This document shows positions 49,412 to 63,920 of a stretch of DNA of 64,000 bases, in pieces. Numbering within the stretch: the stretch's first letter is position 1; each line of letters opens with the position of its first letter. A model generated the notes under the pieces. The model made no database searches. It saw only the letters and a program-made list of their open reading frames with translations, and was not told where the DNA came from. Made by a program: the position numbers and the translations under genes. This stretch comes from Batkoa obscura (lineage: Eukaryota). The stretch spans positions 558,001-622,000 of the forward strand of contig JASVEC010000029.1 of assembly GCA_030770535.1 (NCBI GenBank). Direction: 5' to 3'.

Positions 49412-52400
49412 TTAATTTATATCTTCATCATAGTCCTCATCCTCAACTCTAACTTTCTTAGCTTGGGTTGCACTTTCTTCCTTTACTTCTTTAATTTCAT
49501 CTTCATTTACCTCCATTTTTCTTTTACCTAAATTAGCCTCTTCCTCCGACTTCACCTGCTCCCCATTACTATTAACTTGATTTTCCTTTCCATTCTTCTT
49601 ATCATTGATAACCTCAATTAACCCCTTATTGTTATTCAACTCAGAGCTATTTCCTTCACTTTCCACTTCATTGTTATTACCCTCCTCGTCATCTAACAAT
49701 AAAGAAAATATTTCCTTAGGCTTAAGATCCGCTTTATAATCCCCACCCGCAATAACCACACGATGAATAGCATCCTTTTGTTTCGCTCTCATTAAGATAC
49801 GCTCTTCGATGGTATTTTGAGTTACTAATCGATATACAGTTACTTGTTTAGTTTGTCCCAATCGATGGGCACGATCCATAGCTTGTTGATCTACCGTTGG
49901 ATTCCAATCGGAATCATAAAATATAACTGTATCTGCAGCTGTTAAATTGATACCTAAACCACCTGCTCTAGTAGATAATAAAAAGATAAATAAATCGGGT
50001 CGTGATTGCCAATCCGCTACTAAATCTCGACGTTCAGAGATTTTGGAAGAACCATCTAAACGTAAATAGGAATGTTGACGATAGGTTAAAAATTCTTCCA
50101 TTAAATCAATCATTTTAGTCATTTGAAAGTATAATAAAACTCGATGGCCTTCGGCTTTAAGTTTGGTAAGTAATTTATCTAAAGCCATTAGTTTACCTGA
50201 ATTCATTATTAATTTAGCTGGATCTGGAATCCAAATATCCGAATAACCCACCGTATCGTTTTCTGGAAATGAAGAGGGCATTGTAATGGTTTTATTATTA
50301 AATATAGATTTAATAGGCAAACCTAATAATGAATTTCTTGTAGTTGATTTTAAGTTAAATTGCTTTTGCTTTCGATATTGATCTAAATCAGAGCAATTAA
50401 GGTTGGGTGATGGTGCTACTACAATTGGTTTAGCACAACTCGTTAATTTTAAACTTTGAGCATCTAAAAAGTAATTGTCTTTTAAGCTAGAATATTCTTT
50501 AAAGCTATTTAAATCTTTTAATAAGGAACTTGGTGTCATTAATTCAACAGTGTTGTCTTCTGGGTCAAGACAATAACGTAAATATTCATTACACAAAATA
50601 TTTTGATTTTTTATACTTAATTCGTATAAAGTAATCAAATCTAAACTTTGGACTCTTTCCAATTCAGTTGAAGAAAGATTACTTAATGATAAAAAGGAGA
50701 AACCAGTATTCATTTCCATTAATGATTCACTAATATTAGCTGCTTTCCAAATATTAAATGTATTATTAAGCAACTTATTCAAAGTACCATAATTGCTTGA
50801 TAGACTAGGTAAACCAATGATACCCCCGTCTTGATAAAAAAGACGAGGAATAGAAATTGAAATATGACTTACTGGATTATAAGCAATAGAATTAAAATCA
50901 CCCACTGGTGGTGGTACTGGATAATTACAAAAAGAGAATGGGGATTTCACCTCGGCACGTTCAAAGAGTTCTGGATGATTACATACCTTTCTAAATTGAA
51001 TTACTAAATTCATTAAAGATTCAACACTATCATTTTCTAAAGAACTTCTAGATTTTTCTAATAATTCAGCTAAGGATATCTTTTCTCTTAAACTAGCATA
51101 AAGTTGTCGTTGACGTGGGGTTAGCTGACACTTAACTTCCAATTCAATCTTTTCACCCAATTCATTTTGTACATTTTTTTTAACACGACGTAACATAAAA
51201 GGTTTAAGAATTAAATGTAATCTTCGAAGTTGATGTTGATCTAAAGCTCCATTTTTTTCTGCATGTTTTTCAATATCTTTAGAAAACCACTCACTAAATT
51301 CTTCATGTGAATCAAATAAACTGGGCATAATAAAATGTAATAAAGCCCATAATTCTTGCATCGAATTTTGAATTGGGGTACCAGTAAGAAGTAATCTGTT
51401 ACGACAGTGGAAGTTAAGTAACACTTTCCATCGTGCACTAGCTGAACTTTTAATAGCTTGAGCTTCATCTAAGATCATATACTGCCATTTAATTCTTTGA
51501 AAATATTGTGGTTCATTTACAATTAATTGATAACTTGTAATGACTACATGAAATTCAGCATTTCTTGTATAAAGTTTAGAATTCCATTTTTGTCGTAATA
51601 TTTTTCGATCTTTAGCACTTCCCCAATAAGGAACTAATTTGAATGTTGGTGCAAATCTTGTAAGTTCTTGTTCCCAATTATGAAGCGTGGATGCAGGTGC
51701 AACAATCAAAAAGGGCCCCCAAATATTATGTGTTTCGGCAAGATGGGCTAAAAGTGCAATTGATTGAACAGTTTTACCTAACCCCATCTCATCAGCTAAA
51801 ATACCATTGATACCTTGTTCATATAAATTAGCTAACCAATTTAATCCTTTCAATTGGTATGACTTCAACTCACATGTAAGCATCCTTGGTTGAAGAATAT
51901 TGGAATCTTGTTGCATTGTTGAGGGATCTTGAAAGTTCATTTGATCATCATCTGGCATACCATCCATTCCTTCTTCCCCATCAAGACGACGTTCCTCTTG
52001 TTCCTCTTGCTCACCTTCAAGTTGACGTTTTTTAACTTCAGAATCAAACTTCTTAGTACGATCTCTTTGTAACTTCAAAGCATGCTGTGCGCTAAGCTTA
52101 GCCTTTTCTTCAATGTCTTTATCATCGGCATCAAAGTCCATTTCTTTAAAATCAACGGCATCACCCTCTTCATCATCATCATCTTTATCTTTATTTTCAA
52201 GGCGCTTACTAACAAAATGGCCATAAAGCTCGGTTTGCGTGATAAGAAAATTAAGCTTCTTTTCTTGTCTCTTAGCTTCTCTGGCCTCTTCCTCTTGTCT
52301 CTGTTTCTCAAGTAGTTCTCTTTCTGCCCTCTTTCTTGCTTCTCTTTCATCCTTTTCATTACGTCTCCAAAAAGTAAGCATTTCCCTAGTCGCTCTGCGT

Positions 52401-53311
52401 GCCTTGTTAGGAATCTCTCGAGTGTGCTTTAAGCGACGATATGTAGCCTTTTTCACCTCTCTTTGACATAAGACACCTAAATTTCTGTACATATTATATT
52501 TGGATAAGGTTGAGATACTTGCTTGACGGTGTACAAGTGGAATTGTTTCACAAATCTCAGCCCAAATAGTCTTTGCTTTATTATTAAGGGTAGAGGGTAC
52601 AGGTGATGGTATATTCAATCTTGGTACAGAGTTGCTCTCTAAAGTAAGCTTGATATCTACTTCAGGCTGGTATCCAGAAATGGTTTGATCCGACTAAATT
52701 TAAAATGTTAATTGGTGAAAAAAGAAAATAGGGTAATTAGCTACCTTATAGCGATGCATTTCGTTGGAGTGCATTTGATTTTGAGCCACAGAAAGTGTTT
52801 GTGATGCGTAGTTTCCCCTAGATGATGAAGTAACTTCCTGAGCTTTACTACCATTTTTTGAAGCTTTAGTATTTAAGTCATACAAAGGTACCTTATATTC
52901 TGGATTGTTAGAAAAGAATAGATTGTGGCGGGTACGTGCAGCTTTCTAAAATAGATTAGTTTAATTGTCAATCAATAAAAGCTGTATTACTATCTGTTTA
53001 TTTTTGTACTCTTTTTGCAACTTAAGGTGACGTTTACGGGTACTGATCATAAAGGATACGATAGCTTGGTTGACTAATGGGTCGATGGATTCAGGAGCAA
53101 ATGCCAAAGGACTTCTTTCTTGGTCACTGATAGAGGTAGCTGAAGAAGGAGGTGAGCTTCCTTGGTGAGCATTATTCTGACGGTTCCCATTGGATCTGTA
53201 TTGAGTTCGTTCAGTTTGTCTTTGTGGCACTTCACCTTCGTCTGAAGAAGTGAGCATGTCTTCGTTATGCGTATACGAGATAGGTGGTTGACGTTGGCGA
53301 CTGGATGCCAT
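49412..53311 (-). CDS. INO80: INO80 chromatin-remodelling ATPase
   Basis: DBINO region (REMLTFWRRNEK..KLNFLITQTELY), GILADEMGLGKT, DEAQ, split helicase insert, QAMDRAHRLGQ. Confidence 0.96.
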
Positions 53312-53968
53312 AGTTGTAAAAATAAAGGGTAATGGATCGAAGTTGGGGAAATAAGTCAGCTTAACAGGCTTGTTTTTATTGGCTGTTTTTGCTGTTGTGC
53401 TGTTTTTGAATGGTTACATAAATTATCAAGTTGTTTGAGGCTATAAGCGATGGTACTAAGTAAGAGCCAATGATATTGACTGACAAAGTAAGGAGAGTTG
53501 ATTTTTAGCTTAAAGTAGGTGGAGAATGATTTTAGCGATAAATTGAATTTGTTTAGTTCATTATATTTTGAAGTAGAACATATATTGTATTGTTATGTTA
53601 TATATCATTAGTTTTTTATAGTGTTAGTTTATATTATAAAATAGAATATTATTATAAAAAATGGTCAAAAATTAAAGCAGTCATTTTATTATAATATGCT
53701 TAACTAAGACTAATTGAATAAATCAAATTAGGTCAAATTGAATTTAGTGTTTTGTACAAAATTGAGAAAGATATTTAAACAGAACAATTTCCTTCATTAA
53801 GCTATTTAAACTATTTAAACAATATAGTAAAAACTACAGATAGTATTATTCAAATTTTAAAATATATTATAATACCTTTAGTTTAAATTTTAAGCCGCTA
53901 TTTTCATTTTAAAATAAAATATATAGAGCCACACTCATATAAAATCTTATTTAATATAATAATCATTT

Positions 53969-54066
53969 GGGGATATTTTTTTGAGTTCATTATTTTTTCC
54001 ATTTTTTAAGCGCTATTTGAGCAGAAAGATTGTTAGTAAAATTCTTGAACAAAAAAATATATCAAC
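53969..54066. mobile_element. Sola-related ~98-bp MITE copy
   Basis: attt-GGGGATATTT...ATATCAAC-attt. Confidence 0.85.
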
Positions 54067-54953
54067 ATTTGTAAATGATTTCCATTTAAGTTTATTTCAT
54101 CTTTCAAATAAATTTTACTTTATCTCTGATATCTTCGTTATCAATAGTTTTAATAGGGTTCTCAAGTGTATGTTTAAAACAACTCTTTTAATAAGTAAAA
54201 AACCTTTGTTTTTCACTTTTACAAGTTTCCTGTATGGTATGTCACCTTATTTTATTACCCTTTATAACTATATTAATTTTCTAAAATAAATTAATAAAAG
54301 TATAAATTTTACGTTTAGTTTTTAAAAGTTAAACATAACGATTAATACAAAGATACAAGGTTTTTGGGTAATATGGCCTATTTCTATTATTGTTGATGAT
54401 GATATGTATAAATCTTTTTAACTAATCAAGACCTAGTTTATTTTATAGACTTTATAAAAACTTTAATATTTTGTACTTTAACCCACAGTTTAATATAGCT
54501 GTATAATATTGTAAATAGCAATGAATATTTATATCCGATTAAAGCTAATAAAAGTTTCTATTTTTTACAAGGGTGCTCTATGATAAAAAATATATAATAA
54601 AGTTAAAATAAAATATTGTTATAGTTTGACTTTTTAGAATGAATTATATTAAGCTATTTTGATATTTTAAGTAAGAGACTATTCTTATTAAATAAAATCA
54701 TTACGATTTCTATCAATATTTCATAGCTAAATTAAATTCTTAGTCATTTTTTGAAATTAATTCATTAAATTATTATCCTAAAAACTAAGCTTAACTTTTA
54801 GGATGATGTCAAAGTTGCAAAAAGTACTCTTCATTTGTAAAACAATTCTCAGCCAAAGAACCTTTAGTTATAAATTTGCAAATGAATGTTTAGAATAATC
54901 AATTATAATACTAAAAAAAGAAAGGATTAAACTAGATTATTACTTCTCTTAAA

Positions 54954-57900
54954 ATGAGCAATAATAACAATAATAATAAAAAAGATAAAGGTAGGTGACA
55001 TATTTGATACGATGTTGTATGAAGTTAATAAGTTATTTTAAGGTAACAAAAATCCTAACGATAAATTAAACTCTGGAAGAGAACCTAACAAAAACAACAA
55101 TCCCAATTTCACAAAACCAGACGATAGATTTATATTTGATTTAAAACCTCACCCTGGTGGTTCCCAAGGAAATCCACATCAAACAGTTGATGATAATCCA
55201 TTAACAGTATCTTCAAATTTAATTGAAACAATGGTTCAACTAGGTTACATTGACGACCCTAAAACTTATCGTAAAGATGTAGATAATTTATCCATACGCT
55301 CAGTCCCTAGTAAGCCATCAAAGAAATTGAACTTGTTTAACTTTAAAAGGAAAAAGGATAAGCATGAAGGTTATATCAATCTAGTTACTTAATTATAGTT
55401 TTTAACGTTTTATTTTTAGAAGAAAAAATTGTTGAAAAGAATGATAGGTTTAATGGTGTAGAAATTTCAAATTATAACGTAATTATTTTCTATTTATTTT
55501 AAACTATATAGCTTACATTATTAGAGTTATGATGGAATGTTTGGTATTGATCGTAATAATTAATAAGCATATATTATATATATATTAACTTGAGATATAG
55601 TTTCATTAAATTTACAAGACATGGAAGGGATAGTAGATAAATCAGCTTCAAAGGCTTCATCTTTTGTTGACAATGGTTCAGAGAATTCGAAAAGCGATAT
55701 ATGTAATCCATCCTCAATTTCAAGCTTGCCAACAAATGGCTGGAAACCTCCGGAATCTTGGAATTTCAAAAGAAAACCATCAATTTCAGTTGCAGAAGAT
55801 GAAGAATTGGAACGACAACTATTGCTGAATCCAGAGCAAGCAGTAATATTACAAATATATATATATAAAGTGTATAATAATATTTATATAGTATTGTATA
55901 AGAATTTTTAGGAAAAATGAAACATTTGTTACGCTTACTTGTAAATTGAATGATCGTACTGAAGATATTTGTCAATTTTTGGCCAAAAAATTTAAAATAC
56001 AAGATCCTTCCGCTTACGAACTATTTATTCATAAATTTGGAAAAGGTAAATAGGTATACCAAAATAATAGATTAATCTAATTTAAATAGGTGAACGTATG
56101 CTTTATCCTTTGGAAAAACCTGTGAAGATATTATCTAAGTTATTAATTGATGCGGGGTATTTTGTTGATGAGATTACAGATATGGTCCGTGAAGACAACA
56201 GTTATTTGTGTAGATTTATTTATCGAGAGGTGATTTTGAATTCAACAACATCGGTATGGCTTAAGAGTTATTTATAAAAACATTACTAATATTATCGAAT
56301 AGTTATCGGAATCAAATTCAATAAAAAACGAAAATGAAGAAATAATAATTAGGAAACAAAACCTTGAAACAGTACCCGTTTATTTATACAAAAATGCAGA
56401 ACGTATTAAGTCTATGGAACTTTCTTTAAATCTGCTTTTAGATTTCCCGCTGGATTTTGCACAATTATGTATATCTTTAACAAAATTAAGATTAAGTCAA
56501 AATGAATACGAAAAGATTCCTGATAGTTTACATAATATTAAAGGGTTGAAGTCTTTGGATCTATCAAATAATAAAATAACAAAATTAGATTCTGGGCAAT
56601 TACATCTACTTCCGGATTTAGATAGATTGATTTTCTGTAATAATCAAATCTCGATAATACCAGATGACTATTCAATGTTAAATAAACTAACAGTGCTTGA
56701 TTTATCAAATAATTGTTTAGAATCATTCCCGCTGCCAATCTGCCATTTATATATGCTTAAATACCTCAATTTGTCTTTCAACAATATAAAAAGCATTCCT
56801 TCTTTATTTGGAGAGCTTTCTTTCTTACAAAGCCTTTTACTAATAAACAATGAGCTTTCTGGGAAACTTCCGGAATGTTTCGGAAGCTTGTCTGGTTTAA
56901 TTAATCTTGATATAAGAAAGAATAAAATAACCGATATAAGTGTTTTATCGGAACTTACCCAATTAGAAAGTTTAAAATGTGACCAGAATTCCATTGAAAC
57001 ATTTGTTTATAGAAGTAATGATTTGATGTCACTATCGATCAAAGAAAATCCACTTTCAAAATTCCATTGTTTATCATTTGCTCAAATAGTTATATTGAAT
57101 TTAAGTCATTGTAATCTGAAAGATTTGCCCTCAAATTTCTTTAATGGTATGGATACTTTGACAGAAGTTAATCTTAGTAACAATAAGATCTCAAAGATTC
57201 CAAAAGATGATCTTCTTAAGTTAGTTAGATTAGAAGTATTTTTATGTACAAATAATCGTTTGGAGTTTTTACCTGATGAACTATTTGCATTACCAAGATT
57301 ACTTCAAATAGATGTACATAATAACAATATAAGGAAGCTTCCTCCGGGAATTTGGTTTTCGCCTTCGCTATATTATTTCAATGCTAGTACAAATATGTTA
57401 GCAGAGTTTCCAGCTAGACCTCAAACCGTATCGAATGTTTCTGGAAGCAACCAAGGCTCTAACAAATCTAGGCTTTCTTTATTAACCTTGACTCAAAAAT
57501 TGAGACATCTTATTTTAGCAGATAATAGGCTGACTGATTATGTTTTTTCTCCTATATCTCTTCTTCAACATCTTCAAATTTTAAATCTTAGTTGCAATGA
57601 TATATCTGAAGTCCCACCAGGAGGTCTGTATCATCTAACTAGTTTAACTGAGCTTTATCTTTCTGGTAATACTATAACTAGTTTTCCAGCTGAAGAAATA
57701 GAACGTTTGAGACATTTGAAAATTTTTTATTTAAATTCAAATAAACTCTCAAGTTTACCAGCAGAGCTCCGTAAGTTGGGCAAACTTGTAGTACTTGATG
57801 TAGGTAATAATCAACTTAAGTATAACATTTCAAATTGGAATTATGATTGGAATTGGAACTATAATAAGGACCTTAAATATTTAAATCTATCTGGAAACAA

Positions 57901-60415
57901 AAGATTAAAAATAACAAATGCAAGTCTCATTACTAGCGGCAACAAAAACAGTCCATTAGTTGATTTTAATGAGTTGACAAATTTAAAGGTTCTTGGGTTA
58001 ATTGATATTGATGTTATGGCTACAAAACTAGATCAATCTCAAAATAGGCGGATTAGGACTTATGAATCTGTAATAAATCAAGTTGGTATTGGAATTGCAG
58101 ATCGTTTAGATAGGGGGGAAATACTTTGTTCATGGGATTTGATTGTGCCTAATTTCATGGAGAAAGAAGATGAATCTCTTTTCGGAATATTTGATATTCT
58201 GCCAAATTATAATGGAGAGTCAAGGAAGCTTGGAAAATATCTATCTGATTGGCTAACTTTTCACCTAACTTCCGAACTCCGTAAAGTAGAAAAGAGCTCA
58301 GTAAAAGATCCTGTATTGCGTGCTTTAAGGTGTACATTTTTAGTACTACAAAGAGAGATCGTTTCGACCTTTGGGGAGGAAATGAAAGAATGTGCATCAG
58401 CTTTGATTGTCTATAGGAAAGGAGAGACAATCTATTATGCTCATATAGGGGATGTTGTCATGGTGCTTTCTAGGAAGGGAGAAAAGGGTCGTGTGCTTAC
58501 TACTCCACATATGCCTGCTCAAAAAGATTGTAGAGATGAAATTAAAAGAGTCAGAAACACTGGAGGCTATATAAGTAGTGAGTATAGAGTTAATGGAGAG
58601 ACTAGATTATCTCGTTGCCTTGGATTATTCCACCAACTTCCAACAATAAATGCAAGCCCTTCTTTGGGCTCCTTACAACTTACAGGCCAAGATGAGTATC
58701 TAATTTTGGCAAATAGAGGTATATGGGATGTTATATCCTATCAAACTGGTGTTGAAATTGCACGTACTGAATTAGAAGATCCTATGATAGCAGCTCAAAA
58801 ACTTCGTGATCTTGCTATATCTTATGGCTCTGAGGGTTCTATAATGGCTATGGTGGTCTCTATGGGGGATCTATTTAATAATAGTCTTCAAATACAGAGA
58901 CGTAAAACAAAATCACGCCCTAAATACAACTCTGATATCTATAGAAGGACGGTATCTGGATCAGAATCAGGTGATTTTAGATATCTTACTCAATTTGGAA
59001 ATTGGAAAAAGATGAGGAACCTTGATAATACACCAAAAGCAAAATCAAGCCAAGCGCAGGCCCCAACTGGCATGATCGTAATTTGTTTTACAAGTATTAA
59101 AAACTCAAAATATCTTTGGGAAAATCATCAAGATGCTATGCAGAAGGCAAGTATTACTCATATCAATGTTTTAAGAAGAGTTTTAGAAGAAGTTAATGGA
59201 TATGAAGTTAAAGATGAAGGAGATAGTTTTATGGCATCTTTTTCCACTGTTGCTTCTGCTGTTCTCTGGAGTTGTCTTGTTCAACTTCGACTTTTAGACG
59301 CAGTTTGGCCTGAAGAAATCCTTGCACTTCCAGACGGTAAAGAGATTTATGATTCCGAGTTGGAAAACCAGGTATTATATCGTGGGTTATCTATAAGGAT
59401 GGGGATGCATTATGGAGCTCCTGAATGTGAAAGGGATCCCTTTACTGGAAGAATGGATTATTTCGGACCAATGGTTAATAAATCTGCTCGAGTTTCTGGA
59501 GAAGCTAGTTGGGGTGAAATTTGTGTATCCTCAGATATTCTTTCTGAGTTAAGATTAATTGAAGGGTTGCTTGATAACTATGATGGTGCTAGCGAATTTT
59601 CAATAGTATCGCAAGAGCTCTCAACTAGTCCAAATAGAGATAAGGCTAAGGGTTTTCAAACAACAGATGTTATCAATCTAAAACAACTTGAACCAAGAGT
59701 AGTTGAGCTTGGAGAAAGGAAACTAAAGGGGATGGAACAGCCAGAGCCTTTATATCTCGTAAGTCATTTAATTTAGAAAAAAAAAAAAATTAATCTATTT
59801 AGATTTTTCCAAAAATGCTATTAGGAAGAACAAATCCAGATCGTTATACTCAATCTTTGTTGCCTTTACCTTCTTTGAATATTATACCACCAGGGGAAAT
59901 ATATGGACAAGTATGTTTTATTTTTGTGTTTATTTATTAGTTAATTTAATTCTATCAGGAGCCTACGCTAATAGAGTTAGTAAGAACCTTAGGTCAGCTT
60001 TGTATTAGAATAGAAACAGCAGTACATTTTATTACTGCTCAGGATTCGATAGAATTCAGTAAGAGAGAGCAAGATAAGCTTGAATTTTTACTTTCCCAAG
60101 TTACAAATACGATTTCAGATACAATCACATCTCAAGAATTATTTAAAACTATTGATTCACTATGTACTAGAATTGAGGTAATTAAAAAAATAGTGCTAAA
60201 TTAAACTTTATTAAATTTACTATTAGAACTGCTGTACTACCTTAGCTGTACATGATGATGATTCTTCGATTAGTGAAGTAATGGATGCGATTCAAGCTTA
60301 TTTAGCATTAACAAGCTCAACAGTATCAAAGGGCAACAATTCAACAGATACAAAAAGCATGATAGAGGGCTTACTTTCCAGTTCAATATTTGACAGTTTA
60401 GATGCAACTTTTTAA
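54954..60415 (+). CDS. CYR1: Fungal-type adenylate cyclase (RA, LRR, PP2C-like, class III cyclase), multi-exon
   Basis: WKPPESW, YCIRIFR (RA), many LRRs, YNISNWNYDWNWNYN, PP2C-like region, GYEVKDEGDSFM, RMDYFGPMVNKSARV. Confidence 0.93.
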
Positions 60416-60672
60416 GTATTGATTTGAATTGCTAGGTGTTGAAACCAAGTAAGATAGATAAATATAAAGATTGATTGTAGATCAACTTATTAAGTCATGT
60501 TCAATTATTTATTAATTAATAGCTTCCTCAATTACTAAACTAATTCTTTGTTTCATATTAACTATTTAACTAATATAATACGATTGTCTTTTTAGAATAT
60601 ATGCTTTGTTTTTATAAATTTAAAGTTTAATTTATTTATGGCACTTGTTTTTACTATAAAATGACTCTATGT

Positions 60673-60770
60673 GGGGATGTTTTTTTAGTTTCATCACTTT
60701 TTCCATCTTTTAAGCACTATTTGAGCGGAAAAATTGTTAGTAAAATTCTTAAGCATAAAAATACATCCTC
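60673..60770. mobile_element. Sola-related ~98-bp MITE copy
   Basis: atgt-GGGGATGTTT...TACATCCTC-atat. Confidence 0.88.
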
Positions 60771-60865
60771 ATATAATTACTTTAAAAAATGCATTTTATT
60801 ATTGTAAATAAAATGTTCGATTTGTGATCTTTAGTTTTAAAGTGTCTTTTATAAGTTGTTTGAAT

Positions 60866-61409
60866 ATGGAAGAACAAGAAAATAACTCAACTAATCAAGA
60901 GTATGAAGTAAGATTAAATAAACAAAAAGCATTTTTTTAAAATAAACAAATATAGTTTGTTTGTAAAAAAAAAGACGGAAAACGTCCTGTCATTAGTCGC
61001 AATGGTTCCTTTATTGCTTTTTTATCTATAAAAAAGTAAATTTATGCAACATATAAATAATTTTAATAATAATCTTATTAAAGAGATGCTTGTATGAAAG
61101 AAAACAGTGGAATGAATTATCGAGAAATGCAAAAAAGAGTCTCGCAAATGTGGGCACAATTACCTCCTGAAGAAAGAAAAGTAAGCCTACTTAAATTCTA
61201 TTTAGAAGATATAATTAATTTAATAGAAATACAAAATAACTTATAAAGATAGTGTTAATGATTATAAATTCAAAAATAGTTTGGCTAAAGATTTAGTTAC
61301 AAAATCAGACAATAAAACAGAATCAAAAAGGAAAGCAAAAAAATCAAAGCAAAAAAGTGAATGTAAATTACGAAGTGGATCGAACGAAGATGTAACTTAC
61401 AATTATTAA
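60866..61409 (+). CDS. Small HMG-box protein, multi-exon (3' end uncertain)
   Basis: Spliced RNGSFIAFLSIKK/RDACMKENSGMNYREMQKRVSQMWAQLPPEERK/KYK fits the HMG-box pattern. Confidence 0.75.
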
Positions 61410-61707
61410 TCGTCATTTGTTAAACTTATATAACTAGTATGATATCGAAGAAGATTTTTCAAAAGGGGACGTTCGAATTGGTGACAGATTAAGTTATTTA
61501 AAAATAGTATTTATAATTTATAAAAACAAAACTAAAAAAGTTTACTAGAGAAAATTATTAGAATCCTACCTTGATTATTAACAATAAGCAGGAATATTAA
61601 TATAATTTACAAAATAAATGCATTTTAAATTATAAATGGCTATTTTACAACAATCTAATTTTAAATTTCGAAATACACTCTGCTAACTTGTTTATATATT
61701 ACTTAAT

Positions 61708-62919
61708 CTATTCTTCTATGGGTTTTTGAAATTTAGCCTGTAACCATACTCTATACATTTTTAGTTGGCGATGTCGATTTACAATCAATCTACGGTCCAC
61801 TTCATTTTTTAACACATTGAACTTTTTCCCGAAAATATCCACTAATTGTTCTATTTAACTTTATAAACTACTTTACACATAAAAATATTAAATAAAGCTT
61901 TACCTTGTGTAAAAAAATAAACCTGAGTTCCATCTCCTCTCACGTAAAAATTTTCTTCTAAATATCTTTTCTTTTTAAATCTTAATTGTGCCATGTCATA
62001 CTGGCCATAATCTCTAAATAATACAATGCCCCCTGGCTTCAATAATTCATACAAATTTTTAATCACTTGATCCCATTTAGCAGGCTTAATAGCAGAAAAT
62101 GAAAATATTAAAGTGACAATATCTACGGACCCAGGTGTTACCTCTGAAGGTAACTCTGAACTTGTCATATCCCATACAAACGCTTTTTGGCGGTTTTCAT
62201 CAAATTTTTTATTTGACTAATTCTTTTAATATTTAATTGATTATAAAATTAAGGATTCCTTACTTTAACTAAATCAACAGCTACTTTAGAAAAATCACAA
62301 GCCAAAACTCTTAAGTTAGAGCTAGGGTTTGATTCAAGCAATGGATAAGCAGTGGCCCCTGTACCACAGCCTATTTCCATTACAGTAAAAATATTTTTTA
62401 ATTCTAAAATGGGATGGGTTGAAGCTGTATCTTCTGCTTTTGGGAATAATTCTGGGAATTCCATTTGTAACCAGTTTCTATTCTTAAAAAATTTGTTTTC
62501 ATTCATCGAATAAAATTGGTCCCAATAATTGGAAGCTTCTTCGTCGTATTTTTCTACAGTATTAAGATAGTTTTTAATACTACAGTTACCTACCTATTTA
62601 AATTTACCTTTTAGTCCTTCTTCAACTTTAGTTTCCGATTGGGTTTTAATGATTTCTTTAGCTCTAGTTATGTCTTCTTCATCAAGTTCAACATCATCCC
62701 TATAATCCTTTTAGTACCCTAAGCTATTCACTACGTAATACAACTTACCAGGCATTATGTTCAAAAACTCTATCTGGATCATTTAAAGTACGAGTACGAA
62801 ACCTTTTAGTTTCTTGATTAATTTCTATTTAAATTCTATCAGTTTAATATTCTAGACTGAAAAAACAAAAAAATTTTATACTGTTAGGTTCGATTTTACT
62901 TACCATTATTATCTGACAT
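61708..62919 (-). CDS. tRNA m3C methyltransferase, METTL2/Trm140 (Abp140) family
   Basis: VFEHNAWDDV, YWDQFY..NKFFKNRNWLQMEFPEL, EIGCGTG, FRDYGQYDMAQLRF, YVRGDGT, MYRVWLQAKF. Confidence 0.92.
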
Positions 62920-63627
62920 AATAAAACTGAGTAATGGCTTTTATATTTTAGAAACTTAAAAGTACATAAAAGAACAATGTAATTTTTTCCTATCATTTAC
63001 ACGTTACTAAATTAAGTAATTTATAACAGATTAAAATAGTCATATTTTGAATAAAATTCGGAAAACTAATTTTATTATCTTATGTGTTGTATAGATGTTG
63101 TTTCCATTATATTGCCCCTTATTGTAAAACATATGGGCTTTAGATGCACGAGTATAGTGGAATAATATCTGGATGATGTTATGTAATCTCAGTTTGATTA
63201 TTATAAATCATTCCCATTTAAATAGTTTTATTTTATTGTATTTTTTTAATCTTTTTTTACTTCGAAAAGGTTGTTAGGTAATATATTCAAAAAACATTCT
63301 AAATATTATTAAATTTGCTATATATAGTATAAATAATAATCTTAGTAAAAGCTATCATGTATATATGAACGACTCTCAGTTTTTAGCTAATGAGCATTTC
63401 ATATTAAATCAACTTTATAAAAATATTTTTTTAAATAAAAATTATAGTAGAAAATTCGATAAAAATATAATCATTATTGATCTAGATAACACTGATTGAT
63501 TATACTTATAATAAATTAAAGTTATCTATTATAGTTGAACTAGCCTAAACGTAAAATCAACTAAACTTTAAAGTTCTTAAATTTGTTAATAAAAATTAAT
63601 GAACTTTAGAATAGGCTTGTAGCATAT

Positions 63628-63713
63628 GGGGCGTATTTTGAATTTTACTAATAACTTTTCCGCTCAAATAGCGCTTAAAAAATGGAAAAGTAATGAAACC
63701 AAAAAACGTTCTC
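63628..63713. mobile_element. Sola-related MITE copy with small internal deletion
   Basis: atat-GGGGCGTATT...AACGTTCTC-atat. Confidence 0.82.
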
Positions 63714-63920
63714 ATATGCTTTAGTTTAAATATCGATTAATATTAGCATTTATAATATTGTTAATAAAGCAATTTATCGAAGCGTTATATAAGCAAGCCA
63801 AAAATTTTGAACTAATTTTTATATTTTTATGTTTACTTTATTATGATTATAAGTGTTTGAAAATCATCACATAGAGAACATCTAACTGATATATACATAG
63901 GTTACTAATATTCTTTATAT

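Noticed and set aside
1977..54289. Small ORFs 1977-2186, 37773-37964, 41041-41280 and 53981-54289
   Set aside because: They overlap MITE or TIR sequence and are chance open frames
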